Shown: in pieces, positions 28,062 through 42,475 of the stretch | Position numbering within the stretch: the first letter of the stretch is position 1 | How the letters are laid out: every line of letters begins with the position of its first letter | NCBI GenBank assembly: GCA_951406725.2 | Contig: OX597818.1 | Span: 99,758,001-99,822,000 of the forward strand | DNA length: 64,000 nt | Direction: 5' to 3' | Origin: Octopus vulgaris | Taxonomy: Eukaryota | Program-made: the position numbers and the translations under genes | Notes under the pieces: generated by a model | Told to the model about the DNA's origin: nothing | The model's input: only the letters and a program-made list of their open reading frames with translations | Database searches by the model: none

Positions 28062-29026
28062 TGAATGTGTGAGCATGTATGCGTGCGTGGGAAAGTATAA
28101 AACATACCAAAGATTTTACAGATTCAAAATAAAATGGAAGAGATAAATGTTAAGAAATGGCGACAGTAAATAGACGATTCCCAGGCTGTAAATTAAAATT
28201 TATCCTGGACAACAGAATCAACGATGTCAAACAGCGGCAAAATGAAGAAAAATGGTGTATGTCGCAATGAGACGCTAAACAGAACTATAAACTATTGTTT
28301 ACAGTTTCTTTGTGCCAATTTACTGTCTATCGACTTCTCACATAGTTTTCTTTCTCAAATCTTCATTCTGTGCCATTCCTACACTTTTCATCAGTGTTCA
28401 GAAAATATATTGCGAATAAGCTTGCTATGCAAAATGGCGTATATATGTGAGTTTCGACACAGTATTCATTAGTGTGTGAGAAATTGCGTGTTTGCGCCGT
28501 CTTGTAGCTATATATGTCGGTGCTGTAATTTGTATGAATGCGTTTATGACCTGAAGATACCTGATTGTATTAATATTAATACAGCTGTGGAAGCCTACTT
28601 CATGATAAATACATGCAGACTCGCCCACATGCACACACACATTAAGTTAAAGGTGGGAGTATTGAATGGCTATCGTACTTGGACAATGAAAGAAAAATAC
28701 TGAGATACTCGTAAGTCAGACTCAAAGAAAAGGTGAAAATGTTTCAAGAAATTTAAGTTTAATTACATGATTTCTATAAATTGTCTCCCCTTTTCTTGGA
28801 AATTTAGCTTTATGGTTTTGTTTGATTTCTCTAAATGCGAAGAGAAATTTCAGTGAACGGAGGACGATATTTTAGGAGTACGTCATAGACTGGCAGCCAA
28901 TTCGAAGTAATGTCCAAGAAAAGGGAGACTGGCTTCTTTCTTCTTTTCCCAAGTGTTGTGGTTATTCAATACATCATCCTGTAACTTTATGAGTGCATGT
29001 GTGTGTGAGTGTTGTGTCCGTGTGTG

Positions 29027-29168
<142 letters not shown>

Positions 29169-29303
29169 CCTGTCTGTCTGTGTGTCTCTGCTTTTTTTCG
29201 TCTGACTTTCTATATATTTATCTATCTAACAGTCAACACACATACACACACACACACAAACACGTGCGCACACAAGCACGCACACAAGCACGCACACAAC
29301 ACA

Positions 29304-29346
<43 letters not shown>

Positions 29347-29522
29347 GTAAGCTTCGTGTTACTTTAAGAAGCGGTGCAGCTTACCAAAAATTTTGACACG
29401 AATCAAATATAACAAACGACTCCAAATCGTTGTTGGAGTATTCGAAATTCATTTAACTGACGAAGGCTCAGTAATGGATTCCTTTTCTATTCAATATTAC
29501 GTAAACCTCAAACGTATGTATT

Positions 29523-29558
<36 letters not shown>

Positions 29559-29697
29559 GTTTATTATCCCAGTGATTGGTATCTGAAGCTGGATATCTAT
29601 TTCAGGTTTCACTCTTGCCCTAGTTGTTCGCAATTTTTGAGTAGCCCAGAAAGGTGAAAAATTATAATGAACAGTTAAATGTTAATATAAACATACC

Positions 29698-30125
29698 AAG
29701 GAGGCTAGCTGGCATAAACGTTAGCACGCCGGGAGAAATGCTTAGCAGTATTTCGTCTGTCTTAACGTTCTGAGTTTAAATTTCACCGAGGTCAACTTTG
29801 CCTTTCATCTTTTCGGCGTCGATAAATTAAGTACCAGTTACGCACTGGGATCTATGTAATCGACTTAACCCGTTTGTCTGCCCTTGTTTGTCCCCTCTAT
29901 GTTTAGCCCCTTGTGGGCAATAAAGAAATAGGAAACTTTAGCACGCCGGGCAAAATGCTTAGCAGTACTTCGTCTGTATTTACGTTCATAGTTCAAATTC
30001 CACCGAGGTCAACTTTGCCTTTCATTCTTTAAGGGTCAATAAATTAGGTACCAGTTGTGTACTTGGGTAGATCTAATCGACTTCCCCCCACCGAAAGATT
30101 TCGGGCCTTGTTTCCAGAGTAGAAA
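29698..30125 (+). mobile_element. Family A SINE dimer (long-tail copy followed by 5'-clipped short-tail copy)
   Basis: Same organisation and nearly the same junction as 20733-21160. Confidence 0.9.
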
Positions 30126-30694
30126 TAAATATAATAAACATATCAACACAATCTGGCCAAGCTATTGAGTTCTGTAGGAGATAATATTTTCGATATGTAA
30201 AATTTAATATATGCGTGTGTATCTGTACGTACACACACACATAGTATTATATTATATATTTATATAATTCCTCATATTGTTGTCTTTAAAACTAGCTAAC
30301 TAGACACAACAGTATAATGATTTAAATAATTACAAAATATTAATACTATGTGTGTGTGTGCGTATGCGTACACACACATATGCACACGCATCATGTAACT
30401 TCAATTTCTCTCCCATGTCTATGTCCACATCCATAATTTTATATGTACACAATATATACGCAAATACTCTTATAAACACGTGTAAACTACCTAGTTTATA
30501 CACGACTGTTTTTAGTGTGTGTATGTGGTGTGTGTGTGTGTGTGTGAGAGTGTATGTGTGTTTGGGCGCGCATGTGCGTGTGTTTCTGTGCCTGTGATTA
30601 TTGAATTTTCATATATCAATGTTGTTTGAGTGCCAAATGTATTTTCCATGGAGCAACATACAAAACCACAGAAGCAATAACACGCTAAACAACT

Positions 30695-30738
<44 letters not shown>

Positions 30739-31302
30739 ATGAAGACAAAACCAGTTATTGTTCTTCGAGAGTTAAGACATCCTTCCGAAGATTATGGCTT
30801 ATTAGTTTATACTGAATGTCATTGCCAACGGAACTGTAGGGTATAATTAAGGGCTTCAGTTCTGTATCAATATAACAATGCTATTTTCGTTGAATTTTCA
30901 GCTGCATTCTTACGATGATGCTATAATTGTAAGTGTATTCGAATCCATAGTACTAAATCAAAGAAGAAATTTGTCGATAAATTTTGGACTGCTGTGAGAA
31001 GGTTTTCCTTTTTTTTTTATAGTAGCAGCGTTAATGCTGTAAGGGAATGTTGTAAATTGTCAATTTGCAGTGTTTGCTATCTATTTTTGTACTAATAATT
31101 ACACCATTATAGATGCTAACGTATTGACTATTTTTGCTAAATAGATTACATACATATACCACACATACGTACGTACATACATATATGCACATGTGTACAG
31201 CTACATGCATACATACATTAATATACCCATACAAACGTACGTACATGTATGCATATATGAATATATACACGCGTCCATATATATGAATAAAAATATGAAT
31301 AT

Positions 31303-31392
31303 GTAATAATAACAATAATAATAATAATAATAATGATGATGATGATGATGATGATGATCATAATGATGATGATGATGATATAGATAATAATG

Positions 31393-31434
<42 letters not shown>

Positions 31435-31482
31435 TTAATAATAATAATAATAATAATAGTAATAATAATAATGATAATAATG
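31303..31482. repeat. (AAT)n/(GAT)n trinucleotide tract
   Basis: Read directly. Confidence 0.9.
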
Positions 31483-32250
31483 ATTTCCTTTTAATAAAAC
31501 TATTGAACAGATTATCTCGTATTGTTACAATTGTTTCATGAAGAGTCTTCATTATGAGGTAAACATGGTTGTATCAAGTACTTAACATGAACAACGTTTA
31601 CAAGAAAGTGTAATACGTTATACAACTCTCAACTCGTCAGTATTACCAAAATACACACAAGAGAGGAGAGACATACTGCTGAATCAGCAGTTCATCAACA
31701 AATGAGATTTCGAATCAGAGTTACCAACATTTAAGAAATGTAAAGTGGGTGTGACTACCATCATTTAACCACATAGGTTGATTGCAACACGAGGCTGTAA
31801 ATTGTAGAATAGTTAAAAGACATATCGATTCTAAAAAAAACATCATTAAACTTAGTGACATTACACATAAAAGCTGGTACTGGCAAGACGAGCTTGTATA
31901 TCAGCAGATAGCAGGCGCCAAGCATTACATTTCAGTCTATGGAAACATTTTAGAAGGCAATTGTTCTCTAAAAGAAAAATACTGTGTTGTATTGTTTAAT
32001 ACATCAAGGGAGTAAAGTGGTTAATAAATTCAAACGTTACTAATTCATTTACTTAATTCTTCTTGATTAAAACACTCTGGTTATTTATTGCAGATCTAAT
32101 TACTGAAGAAATAATAGCTTTATTTAAAGCGATCCAGCGAAGAACTATTCAGGGTTAATAAAGAAAAAGGCAGAGAATAACATCCCAGAGAAATTTCGGA
32201 TGAGTGGCAAAGAAAATAGAGAGGAAATAAAATAAAAAAGAAAATATATA

Positions 32251-32656
32251 GGCGCAGGAGTGGCTGTGTGGTAAGTAGCTTGCTAACCAACCACATGGTT
32301 CCGGGTTCAGTCCCACTGCGTGGCATCTTGGGCAAGTGTCTTCTACTATAGCCTCGGGCCGACCAAAGCATTGTGAGTGGATTTCGTAGACGGAAACTGA
32401 AAGAAGCCTGTCGTATATATGTATATATATGTATGTATGTGTATGTGTTTGTGTGTCTGTGTTTGTCTCCCTAGCATTGCTTGACAACCAATGCTGGTGT
32501 GTTTACGTCCCTGTAACTTAGCGGTTCGGCAAAAGAGACCGATAAAATAAGTACTGGGCTTACAAAGAATAAGTCCCGGGGTCGATTTGCTCGACTAAAG
32601 GCGGTGCTCCAGCATGACCGCAGTCAAATGACTGAAACAAGTAAAAAAAAAAAAAA
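32251..32656 (+). mobile_element. Full-length family B SINE
   Basis: GGCGCAGGAGTGGCTGTGTGGTAAG (A-box-like), GGGTTCAGTCCC (B-box-like), CTTGGGCAAGTGTCTT core, internal TA/TG tract, A-rich tail. It closely matches 60786-61178. Confidence 0.92.
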
Positions 32657-34042
32657 GACAGCTATAATCACAATGCCAGCAATCATAACCTATAAGTTGC
32701 TAAATAGAAGCGGATTCGAATAAAACTAATAGAGAATCTGAACAACACTATTGGCAGGAACACCGCATTAGCATGAAGAAATAGATACATGCGTATACTA
32801 GATTAATGAAAGTAGTTTAAGCAATAATGTTTTAACAAAATAAAAATTTATAAGTTAAATATAGAAGTTTAAAGAGTTCAGATATATATCTTTTAGGAAT
32901 TGGTAGACAATGGAAAACCGCACAGCTATTTCCATTAAAAAATCGAAAAACTATGAATCCAAACGTTTGTATAAACCAATATTGTCATATTATTATTGAG
33001 AACGGAGCAAATCAATGAAAGTCATATAGATTAAGTAGATAGGTCAGATCGCTACTATAATAATGTAAAATTATGGGAGGTATTAGGGAAATGTTATAAA
33101 AATTTATAAGTATCATAAAGGCTTAAATGTTAATAAATGTTAACAACGTTTATAGGATTATAACGAATTATAAAGAATTAAGAAGGATATCAGTAGGGTG
33201 GATGTAGCAGATATTATAAAAAAAACCTTAAGGTTAGAAGAAAATTGAATAAATTCACTAAATTATTAGTTATATAAATTTACAACCATCGGTATTTGTT
33301 GTTAGAAGTAAGAATTGGTAAAGGTAGCTTAAATAATAAGTTATTAGTATTGATAGCATTAAAATATAACAGTTTACTTAAATATAATTTATGAATCGTA
33401 TTATGAGTAATTAAAGTCTATATTGAATGGTTATAGGTACATATCTAGCAATCGGATAAGAATTTATACAATCGGTTTAGAGTATCAGAAAGTTCTTCGG
33501 ATAAAATGCAGGCATTTGATCTTTAATTCATTAATAACATCACCTGTGTATTTTGAGATTTCTCACAGTCACAAACAGCGGAGATTGCAACCATATCTAT
33601 CACTGACATAAAGGCTTATCATGATTAACGATGCTCTACGTTAGATGAAAATCGATAAGTGTGTCCCTTAACTACCAGTCTTTCGCGGATAGCAATGTTT
33701 TCATGTTATCTCTACTTCTAAATGCATGAATAGTATTATGCTTCTTGATTTAAATTAGAATATGTGGAACCTACTTGAGTGAAAGCATGTAGATAAGTTT
33801 CATCCTTACATTTATATACAATGTTTTTGGTCAGGCATTTATTTCCTAGCGGGATGTCAATTATCTTTTTACTGTTACATAATCTAGTTAATGTCGGGGT
33901 GGGAATATTGTGGATTAAAAAAACTCACACCATTAAACGTTAGATAGACATCATAAATAGCTCTACTGATTAAATTCCTGGACATATTCACTTTAAGTTA
34001 TTTCTCCAAACTTACTTTCATTCCATATATATATATATATAT

Positions 34043-34203
34043 AAGTTCAGTAAAATTTAGATTCAGTTGAATACTCTACTTAAGTTAAAGGCACCAGAAT
34101 TTGGTATGGCATTACCCATATAATTCAAAACGAGGTGATTACAATCAAAATAAGCAACAAGGATATCCAGAGGTAATGCAGTACGATCGCTTCATGCGAC
34201 TCC

Positions 34204-34205
<2 letters not shown>
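34043..34205 (-). mobile_element. Truncated copy of the 35585-35912 hammerhead element, embedded in (TA)n
   Basis: Aligns to 35602-35761 and has (TA)n on both sides. It keeps only the 3' half of the ribozyme (GCAT-GAAGC-GATC-GTA-CTGCA on the minus strand). Confidence 0.8.
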
Positions 34206-34257
<52 letters not shown>

Positions 34258-34325
34258 GTATGTATGTATGTATGTATGTATGTATGTATGTATGCATGTA
34301 TTTATTTTGATTCCATATATCCATT

Positions 34326-34372
<47 letters not shown>

Positions 34373-34394
34373 TTACATAAAAAAAGGATCACAG

Positions 34395-34652
34395 TCCTAC
34401 CCAGAACCATAGGTGCATGAGGCCGGTTTCCCAGAATCTCTGGCTTATATATATATATATATATATATATACCATTCCATTCCTGACAAGATGCAGGTCC
34501 TTCGCAGGATTATTTATTTTTGCTAGCTGAGAGGATTGGAACAACGTGAAACGTACATTTTTGCTTAACAACAGAACGCATCGTTCGGTCCAGGAATTGA
34601 GACGACAATTCTACAATAATGACTACAACACCTTTAATCTCTAAGCCGCGCT
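34395..34652 (-). mobile_element. Family C-type SINE (diverged, internal TA run)
   Basis: GGAACAACGTGAAACG..TTTTGCTTAACAAC..GGTCCAGGAATTGAGAC; related to 20480-20705 and 42140-42475. Confidence 0.6.
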
Positions 34653-35498
34653 CTCCAAAACATAAATACATACATGCATACGTACACATATATGTGCATA
34701 TATAGAGAGTTGTGTATATGTGTATGTTGGCGCATGTATCCAAAATATGTCAAATATTTATTACCTTTCACAGCCTATTCTTCTGAATGAGGTGATTTGC
34801 ATTGCGTTTTCACCCCTTTATAGCAAAAATTGCCCATATGATTACTACTAAAACTACTGCCGGAATTGTTGGTGTTTGTCTGTTACATTTATGTATCATT
34901 AGACCAGTGTTTACCTTTGTCGTTAACGAACATAAACCTATTTTACCATTGTATCGTGGCATCAGTTGCTTTTATATCATAAATAGTTTATATTTGGCGA
35001 AATTCTCTTCACATTTGCTTACTGATATTTTTCCTTGTATTTTTGTATGATGTAACGCATAACAGCTGGTTCATGTTACAATTGCAATTCGAACTAGCAG
35101 GACGGTGCCGTAATTGTATCGCAAATATAACACTTGAAAACATGTGGTTTATGACTTTCACGTTTGATATCAAGTTACTTTATCGCAATGGCCATCAGTA
35201 ATTTCATTGCATGCTTACGAACCTGTGGCTTCGTATCATTTAGAATTTCTTAAATGTTTTGTAGAATATTAATTGCATTATTTTAAGGTTTGTAACAATG
35301 GATTTTATTGCCTTGTTTTACGAGATATCCATTATGCGTTCATCTAAGCTGTAGTAACTATTAGACATGTTTTAACCTTTATATGGATAGCTTGTGCATT
35401 GATTAACAGGTGGATGATGCATTTCTTGTGTTATATTTCCGTCTGTATTATTGTATTTTTCTATAGTATAAGCTAGCGTTGGTGTTATAACATTACAG

Positions 35499-35584
<86 letters not shown>

Positions 35585-35585
<1 letters not shown>

Positions 35586-35912
35586 TGGGTATGGTAGATG
35601 AGTTCAACAAAAAATTAGATTCAGATGAATATGGTACTTAAGTTGAGGCACCAAAATTTAGTACGCTATTATCCATACAATTTGAATGTAAGGTGATTAA
35701 AATCAAAATATGCAACAAGGATATCCTGAGGTAATGCAATACGATCGTTTCATGCAATTCCGGTTAATTGAACAATGCAATCATTACATCAATTTATAAT
35801 GTAGAGCAATCTTCAGCTACACAAAGACATAGAATTTAATTAAATTAGAACAGATGGACATATCAGTATAATTATGCGTAAAATCTCCGCATTATTTATA
35901 GGATGACCCAAT
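35585..35912 (-). mobile_element. Short non-coding PLE-terminus-like element inserted in (TA)n
   Basis: TA-rich tracts on both sides, a second copy at 34043, and an intact hammerhead core. Confidence 0.7.
35735..35822 (-). ncRNA. Type I hammerhead ribozyme, intact core, long stem II
   Basis: Minus strand TGTAG-CTGAAGA-TTGC..(~50 nt)..GCAT-GAAAC-GATC-GTA-TTGCA. Stem III is the palindrome ACGATCGT, the cleavage triplet is GUA, and stem I is TGTAG/TTGCA with G-U pairs. Confidence 0.75.
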
Positions 35913-36858
35913 TTATACATGTATATATATATATATATACATATATAAGCACATATATATGCTTTTATATATAAGCGCATTTATGAATACATAGTAACCT
36001 TAAGAGTAATATCAGGTGTGATTCAGCATCTGATGGCACTTCGGATACCCAAAGCAGTTCGAAGTAGCCGCAATGATGAAACGTTGGGAGGGAACAAATT
36101 ATAAACCTAAATTTGTCATAACTCTAATAGATACATACACAGACATGCACACACATACACACGCACACACACGTACACAGACATATGTATGCATTTCTAT
36201 AGGCGTATATATGTTCCTCTATGATACTTTATGTTACAAAAATCAATAATCATATAACTCAAAATTAAAAATACAAAACAAAACATGAGTTGCAAATATA
36301 CGGAAATAATGTATGACACTGGTTCATAAAGAAATGGAAACGAATTTTAAACTCTTTTGTCGCTGTAGAACACAAGACACAGGAATAACATCTGATCAAT
36401 GTTTTTAGTCAACCTGTAGTCACCTGTTGCATTATGGGCGGATATATTTTAAGTGGCTGAAATCCGGTGGAGAGAAAACAGTAGCGAACAATGTGATTCG
36501 AAAAGGCAAAGATGCAGCACCATATCGCTGTGCACTTTGTCTGATGCACATTCTGAAGAATTCAGATACGAATAATGGTTTTTCCAATTTTACTATCTCA
36601 AAGAAATATCCAAATTGCATACACACACAGAAACACAGATATAGACGTGCACTCGCGCGCATATGCACGCAAAACACCCCCACACCCCCACACACACACA
36701 TGTCTATAGCTGCAACTACTTAGTTACATTAACATATATGTGTACATGCATATGCATACGTTAATAAGAACACCCATAAATATACATATAAATATATATA
36801 TATGTATATATATACATATATATATACATTATTGCTTATATATACATATATATACATG

Positions 36859-36971
36859 CATATATGCATATAAATATATTTCCACACACATAACTAATAT
36901 ATATATATACATATAAAAATATATATAATATATATATATATACATATATAATACATATATATATATGATAC

Positions 36972-37019
<48 letters not shown>

Positions 37020-37071
37020 GTATATATGTATATCTGTTATGTGTGTGGAAATATATTCCTATGCATATATG
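36859..37071. repeat. Inverted repeat flanking a TA-rich spacer
   Basis: AATATATTTCCACACACATAAC (36873-36894) is the exact reverse complement of 37036-37057, and a further 12 bp pair lies outside it. Confidence 0.85.
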
Positions 37072-37082
37072 TATATAAAATG

Positions 37083-37117
<35 letters not shown>

Positions 37118-37621
37118 CATATGTGTGCGTGATGTGTGTAGAGTCAAAGTATACGGATTTAATTTACATTACTAGCGATATTCTATTCGGTTAGAATATA
37201 ACATTAAATAGGAACAAACAAAGTAAAAAAAAAAAAGCCGAGCAACACAAAAATGTAAAGGAAATAACACAAAGAAAGAAAGAAAGAAAGAAGGACGGAA
37301 ACAGGAATAAAAAAGACTGCATTGTGGGATTTGGAAGTCAATTTTAGATGAAAGCGAATTTCTGAAATAGTCTGTGGTTTCTTAGCTGTGTGATTAATAT
37401 AAATGGTGAAGCTTACAGCTGTCGTTATTAACGATCCTGTCGTATTTCTGTTTAGAGGTGATATTGTCTGGATGCTATTAAAATTATTGATAACTTTGCG
37501 GACAATCATTTCAAATATAAAGTTATTGTTGTAGTTGTTGTTGTTGTCGTAGCCGTTGATGTTGAAGCTGTTGTCGTTGCCATAGCCGTCGTCATCGTTG
37601 TTGTTAAGGTTCCTATTTTGA

Positions 37622-37703
<82 letters not shown>

Positions 37704-37853
37704 ATATATATATAAATATGCATGTATATATATATATATATGTATGTATATATATATACATGTATATATATATATATATCATATATATATATATGTATAT
37801 ATATGCAATATATATGTATATATATATGTATGTATATATATATGTATATATAT

Positions 37854-37930
<77 letters not shown>

Positions 37931-38385
37931 GTGTATATATCTATATATATGTGTGTATGTTCTTATCTTTTGGTGTGGTTTTGTATCGTTGCGTTGGTTG
38001 TTGTCAATGCCGTCCGCTTGCTCTTTTTCTCCCTTTCAATTGAACAAAAATAAAAATCATAATAATAATAATAAAAATAAAAATAATAATAATGAAAAAA
38101 AAGGAAACAAGTAGGAAAGACTATATTTGATGCTCTGTTGCTCTCTGCTGCTGCTGCTGCTGCTGCTGCTACCGCTGCTCTAGTTGTGTTTGTTGTTGTT
38201 GTTGTCTGGTACTGTTGCTTTGTGATAGTATTGCCAGTGTCACTTTCCATTGGCGGTGGTAGTGATGGCGCTAGTTCTGATGTATTAGTCCTACTGAATT
38301 TATACTTGTTACTACTACTCTTTGCTATTGATGTATATAGGATATCATAAAAACAATAATAATTATTAATATTCATCATCATCAC

Positions 38386-38421
38386 CATCTTCTTCTTCTT
38401 CTTCTTCTTCTTCTTCTTCTT

Positions 38422-38452
<31 letters not shown>

Positions 38453-38473
38453 TTACTATTATTATTATTATTA

Positions 38474-38525
<52 letters not shown>

Positions 38526-38640
38526 CATTATTATTACTATTATTATGATTGGTATCATTATTATTATTATCATTATTATTTTTATCATTCTTATTATTAT
38601 TTCTATCATCATTGTTATTATCATTATTATTATTAGTTTA

Positions 38641-38690
<50 letters not shown>

Positions 38691-38712
38691 CATCATCATT
38701 GTTATTATTATA

Positions 38713-38765
<53 letters not shown>

Positions 38766-39170
38766 CATCATCATCATCATTGTTATTATTATAATTATTA
38801 TTATTATTATTTTTATTATTATTATTATTATTGTTGTTGTTAATAATGTTAGTAGTGGAATAAAGAATAATACTACTAATAACGAAGGCGATTGTGTCAG
38901 TGGTGTAGTAGGTCGTCTGTCTTGATGATAATATTGATTTCCATTATAACGCCATTTACGACCACTTCATCAGCGGTGTTATTGTTTTGTTGTTGTTGCT
39001 GTTGTTACCATCATCATCATCATCGTCATCGAAAGCCCGATCGTCATCATGATCGTCATACTGATCGTTGTCTCATCACCACCATCATCATCACCATTAT
39101 CATCATCACCACCATCATCATCACCATCATCATCATCACCATCACCGTCATTATCACCATCATCATCATC

Positions 39171-39202
<32 letters not shown>

Positions 39203-39895
39203 CCTCCTCCTCATCATCATCATCCTCATCATCATCATCACCATCATCATCAGCATAATCACGATCGTCATCATGATCGTCATCATGATCGTCATCATGA
39301 TCGTCATAATGTTCGTCATTGTCGTCGTCTCGTCATCATCCTCGTTATCGCCATTGTCCTTTTTGTCATGGTTGTTGTTGTTGTTGTTGTTATCGTCATC
39401 ATCGTTGTCTTGTTTGCTGCCTTTTTGTCATTCATTTCCGGATTTACTGTTAGGATTTATATTCATGATGTTTTCTCCGTCTTCATATTCAATGTAGCTT
39501 TTGGCAATTGCATCCTTTAATTAGCGATTTTTGCTTCTGTCCAGATGATGATCATGATGATGTGGAGGAGGAAGAGAATAATGATGATGAAGATTATAAT
39601 CAGCGCTACTAGCCACAACACCATTACGATGGCGGCGGTGATAACAGTCACCCCTGCCATCTTCATCTACTACCATCACCTTCATCACCATCATGATCAG
39701 GTTCATCATCATCATTGTCATCATCATCATCGTCATCATCATCATCATCGTCGTCATCATCGTCATCATGATCATCGTCGTCATATTCATCATCATTAGC
39801 ATGATGATGATGATGATCGTCAATATCGTCATTTATCGTCATCATCATCATCGTCGTCGTCGTCGTCATCGTCATCATCATCATCATCATCATCA
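38386..39895. repeat. 1.5 kb trinucleotide low-complexity island: (TTC)n, (ATT)n, (CAT/CAC/CGT)n, (GAT)n
   Basis: Read directly; it produces the poly-I, poly-H, poly-S, poly-M and poly-D pseudo-ORFs. Confidence 0.95.
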
Positions 39896-40878
39896 ATGCT
39901 ATCTCGTTGCTTTGTTCTTGGCTGTTATTTGCAGTCGACGGCGTCTCATTTTAATTCTGAATCATTTTGTCGTTATAATTATTGTCGATAGTAATTATTT
40001 TTCGACACTGGTCATCTAATGATAATGACGACGATGCTGTTGCGTTGCTGCTACAGTTACCGCTGCTACTGCTCCTACTGCTGCTCCTACTCATGATGAG
40101 CATGTTGATCATGATGATGATAATGATCATGATAATCGTAAAAACATAATTATGAAGATGTTGTGATAACGTTACCGTAGTTGTTGTTGTCAATGATGAT
40201 TTTTATCATAATGATATCTTTAGAAAGGCTTCTTTCCTTTATTATATTTTGGTACATCTAGTATGTTAGTTTCCAGTGATTGCATTATATATGTCACAAT
40301 GCTGTTATTTCTATAATTGTATATTCTTTCGTTATGCTGATTTTTTTTTAGCCCAAATTGAGTTTCTTTTTTTCTAGCTCTCTACACAAAAGAAAAAAAA
40401 CGATTACTTTTCAAGTTTTGGTTTTTGTAACTGATCTGCTAAAGAAATGAGAACCCCAAGAGGAATTAAACCAACTCTGTATAACCGATCTTTCTGAACT
40501 ATTACAAATTTTACACCTGAAACTTACTAATATACTTCGGTTTGTATACATACTTAGATAAATAGATACATAGAAACATGCATACATACAAAAATACCCT
40601 GTAGCTGATGTTGAAATTCCAATGAAGGAGCCTTAGATCCAGGTTACAAACCGGTTCTTTCTCTATTGGCAAGAAATCTTGAAATAAACTGAACAATGAC
40701 ATACATACATACCGACTTACATTCAACATATATATATATATATATATATACATCCATACATACATACATATGTGCATGCATACGTACATACGTAGATACA
40801 TACATACTTATATACAAACAATATATATATTTTTTATATATAGACCCATAATAGATACACACACATACATACACTCTC

Positions 40879-40909
<31 letters not shown>

Positions 40910-41679
40910 TATGCATGTTTGTATATATGTATACGTCCGTATGTATATACATCTCTCTCTCTGTCTCTGTCTATCTCTCTCTCTATATATATATGTATAT
41001 ATATATATACACACACATATGTATGCATATATATGTGAGTGTATATGTGTGAGTGTGTGTTGATATATATATAAGAACTACTACTTCTACTACTGCTGCT
41101 GCTACTGCTGCTACTGCTGCCACTGATGTTGCTGCTGATGATGATGTTACTACTACCGCTATTCTACTACTAGCAAACACAAACTACAACTGCGCGACCA
41201 TCGTCGTTTCATTACTATGCTACTATTACGTTTTGAAATAAGTACGTATTCCTCAAAACGATGCCTTAGCATCTCCGTCACCACCTTAACCGTGACTTTC
41301 TCACGACGTCAGAGATTAACTACTTATCAGTGCAGAAACTCTCATCCATTTGGCACTACCATTGCTACCCAGTCATGCTTGTTAAAACAAACGTACATAA
41401 TCAGAGCTGGAGTTTAACGAAAAGCAAAATTTCTAGGAATTCTGACAAAAAAAAAAAAAAAAGAAAAAAGAAATCCCTTATCAGAATCCTCGTACTAAAA
41501 TTATAACATGGAATCCGCTAGCATTAATTCGCTCTTATTGTATCTTCGTTATCTTCCCTCGTTAAGAAACACTATGGTATTCCGAACAGCCTAATTACCC
41601 GAAGAATGATGGTGTTGTGCAGTTAATAAGAGATTCTAACGAAGTAATTCACGGTATTTTAATATATTTCTCTGCATTA

Positions 41680-41820
41680 GGGCCATGAGCTGGCAGAATC
41701 GTTAGCACGTCGGTTAAAGTACTTAGCAGTATTTCGTCAGCTTTTTCGTTCTGAGTTCAAATTTCGCTGCGGTCGACTTTCCCGTAAGTTCTGGCCTTGT
41801 GCCAAAATTTGAAATCAATA
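41680..41820 (+). mobile_element. Family A SINE with internal deletion
   Basis: GAGCTGGCAGAATCGTTAGCACG..GAGTTCAAATTTCGC..GTCGACTTT joined directly to the tail GGCCTTGTGCCAAAATTTGAAA. Confidence 0.8.
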
Positions 41821-42139
41821 TATTTCTCTGAATTCTGATTTTCTTGCCTTTCTACCTCCAAGGGTCAATAAAATGAAGTGCGAAACGGAACAAATACTAG
41901 AGGTATTCAGTCACCGATATTCTGCTCATGATTGTTGCATTGTGCAAATATAACAATTAATGAAACTAATGGAATGGCAGAAAACATTAGATTTACCATT
42001 TGACGTTCCGAGTTGTAAGAACTGAATTCAAAATCTGGAATCAATGCTGCCTTCCACACTCAGACAACGTTTAAATATGTGGTGATACAATGATAAAAAT
42101 ATATATTATATAAAAATATATACAATGATAAAAATATAT

Positions 42140-42475
42140 TGTGATGGGAAACCCCCTTCTGTTATGAATGACCATGGGATTGTACCTAGAAAGTTACCCT
42201 CCGAGGTACAAGTTCGGGCAAGGTTCTTTATTGAAGGCCAGCAGTCACCCATGCATACCAGCCTCTCCTCTCCACACCACTGATGTTGTCCAAGGGAAAG
42301 GCAAAGGCTGATACAGCTTGGCACCAGTGACGTCGCAACTCACTTCTACAGCTGAGTGAACTGGAGCAACGTGAAATAAAGTGTCTTGCTCAAGAACACA
42401 ATACATAGCCCGGTCTGGGAATCGAACTCACAACCTCACGATCGTAAGCTCAACGCTCTAACCACTGAGCCATGT
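42140..42475 (-). mobile_element. Family C SINE with a tRNA-Arg(ACG)-like head
   Basis: Minus strand TGGCTCAGTGGTTAGAGCG (A box), anticodon-like loop TTACGAT and GAGTTCGATTCCC (B box), then TGTGTTCTTGAGCAAGACACTTT. GTGATACAATGATAAAAA flanks both sides. Arg-tRNA-derived SINEs (OR-type) are known from octopus, but identity was not verified. Confidence 0.85.

Noticed and set aside
36427-36723. ORF containing PYRCALC (C2H2 zinc-finger-like)
   Set aside because: It lacks the F/L spacing and the HxxxH pair, and runs into CA repeats.
40585-40700. Insert in (TACA)n with GAGCCT..AGGTTACAAACCGGTTC, reminiscent of a hammerhead
   Set aside because: Neither CTGANGA nor GAAA is intact; possibly a decayed element end, but not supportable.
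42395-42475. tRNA-Arg(ACG)-like sequence
   Set aside because: It has no proper acceptor stem and continues into a SINE body, so it is not a tRNA gene.
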